64,000 nucleotides of DNA, from the NCBI GenBank assembly GCA_043228905.1, contig JBHGNT010000011.1, positions 3,534,001 to 3,598,000 on the forward strand. Direction: 5' to 3'. A program made the position numbers and the translations under genes. The notes under the pieces are model-generated. The model was not told where the DNA came from. It searched no databases and saw nothing but the letters and a program-made list of their open reading frames with translations. Each line of letters begins with the position of its first letter. The stretch's first letter is position 1. Positions 13,223 through 25,460 of the stretch are shown piece by piece. This DNA is from Azolla caroliniana. Its lineage: Eukaryota; Plantae; Polypodiophyta.

Positions 13223-13852
13223 TATTGAGAATCAAGCTCAACATAGCACAACGTGTGAACACACCTTTTGAGAATCTATGATTACTCAAAGGTCAAGAGT
13301 CACCACTACTCTCTACACATTAACTATGTGTCATAGAATCATATTCTATGACACATAACTAATGAGTTACATATTCCCCATGACTATGAGTCTTCACATT
13401 CCCCAAGAGAGAGAGTGATTGTTGTAAAGTTAATGAAGAGAGAGGGTGACTCTATATAAAGCACCCTCCTCATACTTCATACCAAGTCGGTTGTGACTCC
13501 TTGTTATGCTACATTTTGTAAATCTCATTCTACTTGTGAAATATACACCTTCTTCTTGAGTATTCTATTTTCCTATCATTTATCTATCTTGAGTTCTCTT
13601 TTCTCTTCACTCTTCTTCTCTCACACATATACGCACATAACACACATCTATTCTGCTACACAAGAATCACCATTGATTCTTTACATGGTATCAGAGCGAT
13701 TTGGTAGCTCGATTTAGCCCACTCGCCTCATCGTGATCGTGTGTTGTGCTCTACACCGATGTTCAAGAAGAACCAACTCATCGCTATCATAATACCACTA
13801 CATAACTCGTGTTCGAGAGAGAAGGAAAAGAAGAAAGGAAGCTTAATCGACA

Positions 13853-14441
13853 ATGAATACTCAAATGGGGAGCGCCCTCCCTAGCGAGAAGTTGGACCGA
13901 AACAACTTCGCATCTTGGGAGTACAAGATGCACCAATACCTTGTCGGCCAAGGCTATTGGGGTTACATCAAGGGAGCACAAGAAAACCGACCCAAGCCGG
14001 AAGACGCCGACTATGCAACATGGGAGCAAGTGGCAAACCAAGTGATGTATTGCTTGGCGACATGTGTTCATGACCAAATGCTCGGCTACATTCGAGAAGC
14101 CGAGACGCCGAAGGAAGCGTGGGAGAATCTACGGAAGATTTTCGCTGCCAACACGACTGCGAGAAAGCTTCAACTCCGCCAAGAGTTGAATAACATTCAA
14201 CAACGGGATATGTCCATTACAAGCTACACCTTGAAGATCAAGGAGCTTTGCGACTCGCTCGGCTCGATAAGCGTTAATGTGGACGATGATGAGATGGTGC
14301 AAATATGCCTCGGCAGCCTTGCACCACGATTCGGCACGATGTGGACCGCCGTACTAGCACTGGAGAATCCACCCTCCTTCTTCGATCTTCAATCCATGTT
14401 GTTGGTTGAAGAGAATCATGTTCGAACAAGGAACAACGCCT

Positions 14442-14443
<2 letters not shown>
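13853..14443 (+). pseudogene. Element B gag N-terminal part (interrupted by C)
   Basis: MNTQMGSALPSEKLDRNNFASWEYKM...ARKLQLRQEL Copia gag. The ERER tail of the listed ORF is the (GA)n of C's LTR. Confidence 0.9.
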
Positions 14444-14513
<70 letters not shown>

Positions 14514-17500
14514 AGAACACAATTTCAAAATTATATCAAGACTCTGTACACACACAATGCTAAGTAGCACTATTTATACAAGTCCTCTTGGGACTGACAG
14601 AAGTACCATGTACTTCAATGCTCACACAAGCATCTGACACTTACTACGAGACTATAGCTACCTAGTAGTCTATCCTATACTAGGCTTTCGATTGGACTTC
14701 CGGTTACAGATTGCACCCGGCCTCCACTGCTTGCCAGTTCGGTTGCTCACCGTCATACCGATCCGTTTCACCCGATCCGTCTCGCTTACCGGCTCCGGCT
14801 TATTCAGTCGATCCGGCTCCGGTTGAGCTTGCCGCTCAACACTCCCCCTCAAGCTCAACCTGAGGTGGGGTCGTAGTGTCGATCTCTGTGGCAGTCGGTT
14901 CTTCCAACCGACTTCTCCTGGCGTCACTCCGCCTTGCTCGCGCTCCTCGTCCGGTCCGGTCCCGTTTGCCGCGACCCCTTTGGTTCTGCGCGCCTCGACC
15001 CTCTCGGTCGGCATGTTTGCTCAATAGGCCCATCTCAGCACTCACGTTGTTGTGACTCCGACGCTTGCCGATCCGTCGGTTTTCCCACGATGGCATCGAC
15101 TTCCGCTGTGTCCGTGTCCCCATGGCCTTCAGTCGATCCGACTCATCCGGATCCATCTGTTGATCCGAGTCAGTTGTCTCCGACTCGTTCCAGCTCTTGT
15201 CCGAATCGGTACACTCCGATTCGACTTCCGGCTTTAGGCCTCTCATCACATCGGACCACTTCCGAGTCTTGGCCTTCTCCATGCTTCCCTCGGCTTCTTC
15301 AGCCGGTGAACCGAAATCGAATTCTTCATTCGACTCCGCATCATGGTTAGTACCGTCGTGATGACCTCCGCACAACATGCACTTCTCTTCCTGAGTGCAC
15401 AACTCTTCTTCACAGCCGCTTGCTCCGACCTGTTCGGATGTGTCGACTTCCTTCGTCGACTCGACTGACTTCATCTTCTTGTCTCCTCTTCTTCCGGCTT
15501 TCCTCTTACCGACTGGTTCAACAGTTTTTTTTTGGCCTTTGCCCGTTTCGGTAGAGACTTTGCCCTTGCTTCTCCCCCTCAAGTGCGGCACGTCGAGATG
15601 TTGAATACCAAGCATGTCGGTAAAGTGCTGCAACTTGTCCGATCCGAGCGGCTTGGTGAAGATGTCGGCAACTTGCCGATCCGTATGAACATACCGTAGG
15701 TCAACTTCACCGCTCAGGACCCGCTCACGCACGAAGTGGTAGTGCACCTCGATGTGCTTTGTGCGAGCATGGAACATAGGGTTCCTGGCGAGCTGCAGAC
15801 TGCTCATGTTATCGCAGTAAATCGGGATCGGGGTCGGTACCTCGATCCGCAAGTCTCGCAGCAGTCGCTGAAGCCAGATGGCTTCACAAGTGGCAACGGT
15901 AGCGGCCCGGTACTCAGCCTCAGTGCTTGACAAAGCCACTGTGGGCTGCTTCTTGCTGCTCCACGCAACGGCCGTGCTACCTATGGAGAACATGTATCCG
16001 GAAGTGGAGCGGCGATCAGACGCATCGCCAGCCCAGTCAGCATCTGTATAACCGACAAGCTCTTTGGGTATACCTCGCCGGTATAGCAGTCCCCGGTCCT
16101 TAGTGCTGCTGACATACCGTAATATTCATTGCGCGCACTGAAGGTGCTCCACGGTCGGCTTTTGCATGAACTGACTTACCATGTCGACCGGATAGCTGAT
16201 GTCGGGTCGGGTGATGGTTAAGTAGATCAGGCTTCCGACAACCTGTCGGAACCATTTCTCATTGCAGGCCGGTCCGGAGTTGGGACGGAGCTTCTGGTTC
16301 CGGTCCAGGGGTGTGGAGACAGGTTGGCAATCCGTCATGCCGAACTTATACAGCATATTCAACACGTAATGTCGTTGTGAGAGCAATATGCCGTCGGGGG
16401 TCCGGATCACTTCGATCCCAAGAAAATAATGGAGGTCCCCCAGGTCCTTCATTTCGAATGCGTCCGACAACTGGGACTTGACGCGGTTGATTTCGGGATG
16501 ACCCGGTCCGGTGATGACTAAATCATCCACATACAAGAGTATACATACCGGACCGTCAGAGCCTTGCCGGATGAACAACAAAGAGTCCGACTTAGAGACA
16601 GCAAACCCCAGCTTACGCAACTGGTGCGTGATCTTCGCGTTCCAAGCTCGGGGGGCTTGCTTCAAGCCGTAAAGCGACTTCTTCAGTCGGCATACCGCCG
16701 ACTTGTTCATCTCCGATTGAAATCCGAGGGGCTGAGTCATAAAGACTTCTTCTTCAAGCTCTCCTTGAAGGAAGGCGTTCTTCACATCCATCTAGTGAAG
16801 ATGCCACCCCCTTGCCGCAGCAACCGCCAGTACCACACGAACTGTCGTCATCTTCGCCACAGGAGCGAAGGTCTCTTCGTAGTCGATTCCGTGGGTCTGC
16901 GCGTATCCCTTCGCCACTAACCGGGCTTTGTACCGGTTAATAGAACCGTCGGCGTTGTACTTGACCTTGTACACCCACTTGCATCCGATCGGTTTACACT
17001 GACGGGGAGGATCAACTAGGTCCCAAGTTTCGTTGGCATCGAGTGCCCGCATTTCTTCGTCCATAGCGGCACGCCAATTTGTGTCCTTTGCCGCTTCTGC
17101 GTAGCTCTCCGGCTCACGCACTTCTGTCACCTTAGTCATGTACGCATAATGATGCACCATGTATTCATTGTACCCGTACCGCATGATGGGATCCTTCTAG
17201 CGGGTTGATCGGAGCAACACACCGTCACCTGATTTGAGGCCCTTCTTGGCCAGTTCAGTCTTCGTTGCCGAAGATCCGCCTTTCTTCTTTCCGGAGTCGG
17301 ATACGCACCGATCCGACTCATCGTTGCCGGTTTCGAATTCCGACATCTTCCTCTTCCCCTTCTCTTTGCGCGTGAACCGTTTCCTTGGTTCCTTGCGTGG
17401 GGAGAGCACGGCAGAGTCTCCACCACTTGCTGTCTCTTCATCTGACTGGTCCAACCGACTCAGTCGCTCGTTCGGTCCACTCAACCGTAACGATTCCGGA

Positions 17501-20151
17501 CCCTCAGCTTGAGTCCCGGCTTCACCATCCTCTGCTAGGGCTGATCAGGCTCACTGGCCTGATCTTCCGGCATTGGGTCGGGATTGAAAGTCGGAGTCGG
17601 TACGGAGTACCAGGATGCCGATTCATCGAACTCGACATCCCGGCTAACTCGGACTTCCTTCGTCCGGGGGTTATAGCACTTATACCCCTTTTGCTCTTGA
17701 GCATAGCCGACTAGGATGCATTTTTCCGATTTTGCATCCAGCTTTCTCCGCTTCTGATCCGGCACATGCACATACGCTATGCTGCCGAATATCCGAAGGT
17801 GTCTTAAGTTCGGCTTGCGCCCGAAATACAGCTCATGAGCTGACACCTTGTCACCAATGCGGTTTTGTATGTAGACGGCCGTCTGGACCGCCTCCGCCCA
17901 GTAGAACCGGGGCATGCTCTTTTCCTCCAGCATTGCCCTTGCCGCTTCGACGAGTGTCCGGTTCTTCCTTTCAGCCACACCGTTTTGCTCCGGTGTGTAT
18001 CTGCAACTGAACTCTCGCCGAATTCCCTTCTGCTGCAGATAACTAGTGAATTGGCCGGAAAAATATTCCTTTCCGCCATCCGACCGAAGGCATTTGATCT
18101 TCCTCTCTGATTCCCGTTCCACCATCTTCTGGAGGCTCCGGAAACAGTCGAAGACTTCGCTCTTCCGCTCAATGAGGTAGATCCAAGTATGTCGAGTATA
18201 GTCGTCGATGAAGGAGACGAAGTATCGGCTCCCGCCAAGGCTTACACTTTGTGCCGGTCCCCACACATCCGAATGGATGAGATTGAGCTTGTTACGGCTC
18301 CAGTTCCGTTCGGTGGGGAATGGAAGCCGGTGTTGCTTCCCAAGTTGGCAGGCTTCACAAATTTCGGCTCTCCGACCGTTGAACTTCGGCAAACCGAAAA
18401 CGACTTGTTTCATTTGCAGGTCTTGAAGCCTCCGGTAGTTGACGTGGCCTATCCGCTTGTGCCACAGGTCGATGTCCAACTCGACCTTGTGTCGTTTCGC
18501 GAACAGAGCGGTACCAAAGTCATTGGTGTTGAGGATAAACATCCTCCCGTCTCTGTGCCCTTGCGCAATGACTTCGCCCTCATCCTCAATGAAGCACCCG
18601 AGGTGCGTAAACCGCACCTGCATCCCCTGGTCGACAATCTGACCGACGGACACTAGGTTCTTCGTGATTGTCGGAACGTGTAATACGTTCATCAGCTTCC
18701 CTTTCTGTCCGACGTGGCTTAGAGGGACTTCTCCGACGTGCACGATTGGGTGAGGAGTGTCGTCTCCGGTTTCGACTACTCCTGGTTGATCCGGTTTCTC
18801 CAGAAAGGAGAACCACTCTTTGTGGCTCGTCATGTGGTTCGACGCGCCAGAATCAACATACCACACTTCCTCCGTTTTGGAAGTGGTCTTCTTCATTGAG
18901 TTTGCCTTGTGATTCATCACCAAGGCTGGCCCCTTACCGGCCTTTCCGGTTCCGGATCCTCCTGATCCGTTTGCGTAGTGCGAGTTTTGCCGGCCATCCT
19001 TACCGGTCTTGCCGGATCCGGATTTGTCCGAATGGGCACGCTTTCTCCAGCACTCACTTTCCCTGTGGCCTTTTTTGCCACAGTACCAACATTCCGTAGC
19101 GGATTTGTCTTGCCGGCTTCCGGCACCGCCTTGACTCCCCCTGCTTGTGGAAGTCCCGGAACTGCTGTCGGCACACTCATAGTGCCTCCGTTCCTGCTCT
19201 TGCCGGCCGCCTCCATTGCGTGCCAACCCACCTCTTCCACCACGCCCACGGAGCCGATCCGTTCCCGTGTACAACATTCGGCTGTCCGGGGATGCACTGG
19301 TAGATGCACCGGCGTGGTTCTCCTCTACAAGGAGCATCGACTGTAAGTCGAAGAATGAGGGGGTATTCTCCCTTGTACACACCGCAGTCCGGAACGCTCC
19401 GAACTTGGACGCCAGGCCTCCGAGGCATACCTGCACCATCTCGTCTTCCTCTACGGTAACATTGATAGAGGCGAGCGAGTCGCAGATCTCCTTTATCCGG
19501 CCCGTGTAGTCTGCCACGGACATGTTCTTCTGTCGAACATTGCTCAACTCCTGTTTGAGTTGCAGCTTCCGGGCAGTGGTGCTTGCGGCGAAAACCTTTT
19601 TCAGGTTCCCCCAAGCATCCTTCGGTGTCTTGGCGTCACGGATGTGGCTGAGCAGCTGATCGCCGACACTGGACGCGAAGCAGTACATCACCTTGCTTGC
19701 CGCATGTTCCCATACCGGGAAGTCCTTGTGTGCCGAGTCGGGCGCCGCATCATTCGCTCCTTCGACATAACTCCAGTACCCGTGTCCAAGCAGGTACTGG
19801 TGCATCTTGTAAGACCAGGATGCGTAGTTGCTCCTGTCGAGCTTCTCCACCGGGAGCGATGTAGCCATGCCTCTATCCATGTCTTCTACTGTGTTTGTTT
19901 TCGACCTGTTAGGGTTTTCTTCTCAAGAGTAAATGTCTGTAGCAGAGGTTCTCAACCCTCGTGCCCTGATACCGAGCAGAACTGTTAGGGTTTTCTTCTC
20001 AAGAGTAAATGTCTGCAGCAGAGGTTCTCAACCCTCGCGCCCTGATACCATGTTTTCTTCTCAAGAGTAAATGTCTGCAACAGAGGTTCTCAACCCTCGC
20101 GCTCTGATACCATGTAAACGTAAGTGTTTGCGGAAGCGTAAAACAGAGAAC

Positions 20152-20187
<36 letters not shown>

Positions 20188-20515
20188 AGAACACAATTTC
20201 AAAATTATATCAAGACTCTGTACACACACTGTGCTAAGTAGCACTATTTATACAAGTCCTCTTGGGACTGACAGAAGTACCATGTACTTCAATGCTCACA
20301 CAAGCATCTGACACTTACTACGAGACTATAGCTACCTAGTTGTCTATCCTATACTAGGCTTCCGATTGGACTTCCGGTTACAGATTGCACTCGGCCTCCA
20401 TTGCTTGCCGGTTCGGTTGCTCACCGTCATACCGATCCGTTTCGCCCTATCCGTCTCGCTTACCGGCTCCGGCTTATTCAGCCGATCCGGCTCCGGTTGA
20501 GCTTGCCGCTCAACA
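14444..20515 (-). mobile_element. Ty1/Copia element C, inserted in gag of B
   Basis: 5' LTR 20113-20515. The 3' LTR 14444-14841 has lost its outer end and TSD at the (GA)n. PBS 20101-20112, PPT 14842-14853. Confidence 0.93.
14836..19880 (-). pseudogene. Element C gag-pol polyprotein, few lesions
   Basis: ORF 17535-19880 covers gag, CCHC CWYCGKKGHRESEC, WYVDSGASNHM and INT. ORFs 16126-17184 cover RT (LLYVDD). ORF 14836-15993 covers RNase H plus a long extension. Confidence 0.92.
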
Positions 20516-23500
20516 TGCTCTACACGTATTCGGACGGAGGAAGAGGACGCGACCGTGCAAGAAGAGGCCGATTCGGCCAAGGACGTGGCGGACAAGGCCC
20601 GATTTACGAAAACAACTCACAATTTCGGCACCAAGACGGAAGCCATTGAGGAACCTTCGGAAGAAGGGGGAGCTTCCATTCCAGTCTTAACCGACAAAGC
20701 TAGGTCGAATGCGGATATTGCGGAAAAATCGGTCACCACGAAGAAGAATGTTGTAAGAAGATACGCGAGTCAGCTTCCACTAGCCGACAACTCACCAATT
20801 ACGCCATCAACTCCGACTATGACGATCACGGCGGAATGTTCGTGATGAGACATAGAGTGAATTCTATGTCGACCTCTACTTCTACTAGTGCCTCCGGTCC
20901 GGAAGACGTATGGTTCGTCGATTCCGGTGCCTCGAACCATATGACATCGCGTCAAGAATGGTTCCAAGAACTTCGAGAGCTAGAACGACCCGACTATGTT
21001 GAAACCAGAGACGACACTACGCATCTGATTTGGCACATCGACAATGTTTCGTTCGGAGAAGAAGGTAAGCAAACTTATATTAAAAATGTCTTGCATGTAC
21101 CAACTATCATGAAGAATTTGGTCTTCGTCGGCCAAATTGTAGAGCAAGGAATGCAAGTACGATTTAATCAAGGCGGTTGCTTCATCGAAAAAGAGGGCCG
21201 ACTCATCGCTCGCGGACGAAGAGAGGGCCGAATGTTCATTCTCGACTCACAGAGATGAAATCGGCCATGTTCGCGAAGGGTGTGAAAGACGATTCCGACA
21301 TATAGTTATGGCACAAGCGGATTGGCCATATAAATCTCCAAAAGCTCAAGGCAATGCAATCAAAAGGAGTCTTCATCAAGCTCCCGACATTCACGGAGAA
21401 AGAGATTGAAGGCGTGTGTGCCGCTTGCCAATTCGGCAAGCAACATCGGCACCCATTTCGAAAGGAGCGGAATGTGAGCAAAGGCGTACTCGACGTAATT
21501 CATTCCGATGTATGGGGTCTGGCTTAGATGGTGACATTCGGCGGAAGCCAATACTATGTGACCTTCATCGACGACTTCTCTAGGCACACTTGGATCTACC
21601 CGATGCGGCAAAAGAGAGAAGTGTTAGGACACTTCCAAAAATTCAAGAATGAAGTCGAGAAAGCCACGGGGCGACATGTACGATGTCTTCGGTCGGATGG
21701 AGGCAAGGAATACTTCTCCGACGAATTTTCGACGTTTCTACAGAAAGAAGGAATACGGCGAGAGTTTTCGTGTCGACATATGCCACAACAAAACGGAGTG
21801 GCCGAACGCAAGAATTGGCACATCCTCGAAGTGGCACGGGCCATGATGAACGAAAAGCACGTGCCGAAGTCGTACTGGGCAGAAGCGGCTAACACAGTTG
21901 TATATCTCATGAATTGGTGTACGACATCGGGTGTGCATGAACTTACTCCACACGAGAAGTTCTTCGGAAAGAAGCCGGACCTATCGCATGTTCGGATATT
22001 CGGCTCCATTGCATACGTGCACATCCCCGACGAGAAGCGTCAAAAGCTCAACCCGAAGTCGGAGAAATGTATCCTCGTAGGATACTCACTAGAGCAAAAG
22101 GGGTACAAGTGCTACAACCCCTCAACTTGAAAATCTCGTGTAAGTCGAGACGTCGTTTTCGACGAGTCCGCATCCTGGTACGCACTAGAGACAACTTCAA
22201 CTTCGATTCCGCTCGAGCTGAATTCCGCCGAAATAGAGATAGAAGCCGAAGATCGACTCACGCGCATGTTCGAAGAAAGCCCAATTATGACAAGGCTTAG
22301 TGGGCCACAAGAGCCCCCGGGCGATCAAAGCACATCTCGGCCGAGTCCGAAGATGGATAAAGGGAAGGCGAAAATGCCGGAGTATGAAGACGATCACTTC
22401 GACAACAACGAATCAACTCACTCCCTCGATAGTGAGTTCGAAGGCCTTGAGATTCGGACAAATGGAGTGGAGAACGCCGTAGTATCCGCAAACGAGAAGC
22501 TCCGCCGATCCACCCGTGAAAAGAACCCTGTAAGCCGATTCGGCTACAATGATTATATGGCGTACCATTACGCCTTTATGATGAAGGTAGCAACAGTACG
22601 GGAGCTGGAAACCTTTTCCGAAGCCGCGAAGGACCCGCGATGGATCGAAGCAATGAACGAGGAGATGCGTGCACTACGCAAGAACGAGACATGGGATCTC
22701 GTTCCCCACTCACCGCACAAGAAGGCAATTGGCTGTAGATGGATCTACAAGGTGAAGTATAATGCCGACGGCTCCGTCAACCACTACAAAGCTCGACTCG
22801 TAGCGAAAGGATACGCACAAACACATGGAGTCGACTACGAAGAAACATTTGCCCCGGTGGCAAAGATGACGATTGTGCGGACCGTGATCGCACTTGTAGC
22901 GGCAAAAGGGTGGCACCTCCACCAAATGGACGTCAAGAACGCCTTTCTTCAAGGCGAATTAAATGAGGAGGTGTACATGGTACAACCACCCGGCTTCGAA
23001 TCGCGCGTTCATCCAAAAGCCGTATGCCAACTCAAGAAGCCTCTCTACGGCCTCAAGCAAGCACCACGTGCTTGGCACTAGAAGATTACCTAATATCTTC
23101 ATCAAATCGGCTTTCGAATGTCGAAATCCGACAACTCCCTCTATGTACGACACGACTCTAGAAGCTTAATTGTCATCATCCTATACGTGGATGATCTGGT
23201 CATTGGAGGTGAAGTCTTGTTGACATCAACAAGGTCAAGTCCCTCCTCTCTGGAAAATTCGAGATGACGAACATGAAGGAGCTCCATTACTTCCTTGGCA
23301 TCGAAGTAATTCGGATTCCAACCGGCATTATGATCTCTTAACGGGACTACATCCTCAACTTGTTATACAAGTTCGGGATGACTGAGTGCAAATCGATTGC
23401 TATGCCTCTCGATCGAAACATGAAACTAGATGCTGACTCCAGCATGAACAAGTGCGATCCAACTCAATATCGACAACTAATTGGGAGTCTCATCTATCTC

Positions 23501-24196
23501 ACGATCACTCGACCCGACCTTAGCTATCCAGTCGGACTCCTCAGCCAATTCATGCAAAAACCACGCGACATTCACTTGGATTGTGCTAAGCGAGTATTAC
23601 GTTACGTGAACGGCACAATGGATTACGACGTTCTCTACGCATTGGCCACACCAATACGACTCGAAGGGTACACAGACGCGGACTAGGCAGGCTACAAAGC
23701 CGATCGACGATCCACCTCCGGATTTGTCTTCTCCCTTGGCAGCGGAGCGATTTCATGGAGTAGCAAGAAGCAACCTATTGTCGCTCTTTCGAGTATGGAG
23801 GCGGAATACAGGGGCGCAACCGTAGCTGCATGTGAAGCTGTATGGCTCAAGAGGATTTTGAAGTATCTGGGCGTTCCCATCAAGGATCTGACTCCCCTTT
23901 ACTGCGACAACATGAGCAGTATTTATCTGGCTCGGAACCTAGTGTTCCATGCACGCACGAAGCATATCGAAGTGCACTATCACTTCATTCAAGAGCGTGT
24001 TCAAGCCGGAGATGTCGACCTTCAACACGTCAATACAAATCTTCAAACGACCGACATCTTCATGAAGGCCCTAGGAGCCGACAAGCTTCGGCAATTCATG
24101 TCAGACCTTGGATTGATAATCCCTGACTTGCCAAGCTTGAGGGGGAGTACAAGTGACAACCGGATACTGTCCGAACTGGGTACGAGCCAAAGCTGA
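20516..24196 (+). pseudogene. Element B gag C-terminus and pol (PR, INT, RT, RNase H) with stops and frameshifts
   Basis: Motifs [62 protein letters not shown] and [13 protein letters not shown]. Confidence 0.92.
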
Positions 24197-24743
24197 CACT
24201 GGAGATCGTTCGAACCGGATACGAGCCGAAGCGGACATCCACCGAAAGGAACCGACCCGAGTTGAGCTTGAGGGGGCGTGTTGGGAATCAAGCTCAACAT
24301 AGCACAACATGTGAACACACCTTTTGAGAATCTATGATTACTCAAAGGTCAAGAGTCACACCACTACTCTCTACACATTAACTATGTGTCATAGAATCAT
24401 ATTCTATGACACATAACTAATGAGTTACATATTCCCCATGACTATGAGTCTTCACATTCCCCAAGAGAGAGAGTGATTGTTGTAAAGTTAATGAAGAGAG
24501 AGGGTGACTCTATATAAAGCACCCTCCTCATACTTCATACCAAGTCGGTTGTGACTCCTTGTTATGCTACATTTTGTAAATCTCATTCTACTTGTGAAAT
24601 ATACACCTTCTTCTTGAGTATTCTATTTTCCTATCATTTATCTATCTTGAGTTCTCTTTTCTCTTCACTCTTCTTCTCTCACACATATACGCACATAACA
24701 CACATCTATTCTGCTACACAAGAATCACCATTGATTCTTTAAA

Positions 24744-24874
24744 GAAATCAACCGAGACTCCGTTAGTAGCGGCGAGCGAAAGCAGATTAGACAAAGAAAA
24801 GGGAAGGGCCCCCAGAAGGGCCGCTTTCCCTGGCCCCGTGCGGGGGAGAACTTGCAGTAGAGGGAAGGGTTCCC
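24744..24874 (+). rRNA. rrn26: NUMT of mitochondrial 26S rRNA, part 2
   Basis: GAAATCAACCGAGACTCCGTTAGTAGCGGCGAGCGAAAGC is the conserved LSU continuation. It joins part 1 seamlessly once element B and one TSD copy are removed. Confidence 0.88.
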
Positions 24875-25460
24875 AAGGGTGCACATGTGTGAGGATAATA
24901 TAGGTACAAAGGTGTAAGTCCTATATTAAATGTGCTTAGGAGTGGAGGATCTAGAATATCCCACTTAAGTACAAGGTCCTATTTAAGGTGTTATAGTCAA
25001 CACTTCTAACTAGATTCTATCTAGGTAACTACGAAGTTACATGGTTGACTCACTAACTAAACTAAGTTGAGCTTGATCTCTCAACACGCCCCCTCAAGCT
25101 CAAGTGTGAGGTGTTCGACATCCGCTTTGGCTTTCGGTGTTGTCCGGCTTTCGATGTCGGCTTCTATGCAGCTTCTGTCCGGCCTTCGGCTTTCTTTGCC
25201 GTGGCAATCTCGGGTCCTCCCCCTCAAACCGGTGATGAAGGCTTGTAGTGTGTGGGCGAAGGTTGACTACTTCCACCCATCGTGGGTTACGAGCCACTTC
25301 GTTGGAGCTCTTGGGCTCTTGTTCGACCACTACCTTCATCGCGAAGGCATAGTGATGGGCCATGTACTTGTTGTAGCCGAGTTGAGTGATGAGATTCTTC
25401 TCTATAGAAGGGCGTCAAAGTTTTTTGCTCGCCGATGTGAGCGCCTTCTCTACTCCGGGT

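Larger units (their letters stand above)
13223..24743 (+). mobile_element. Ty1/Copia element B (full-length, coding region decayed), inserted in the NUMT
   Basis: LTRs 13223-13685 and 24279-24743. TSD GAAAT (13218-13222 / 24744-24748), PBS TGGTATCAGAGC 13686-13697, PPT 24268-24278. Domain order is gag-PR-INT-RT-RH. Confidence 0.95.
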
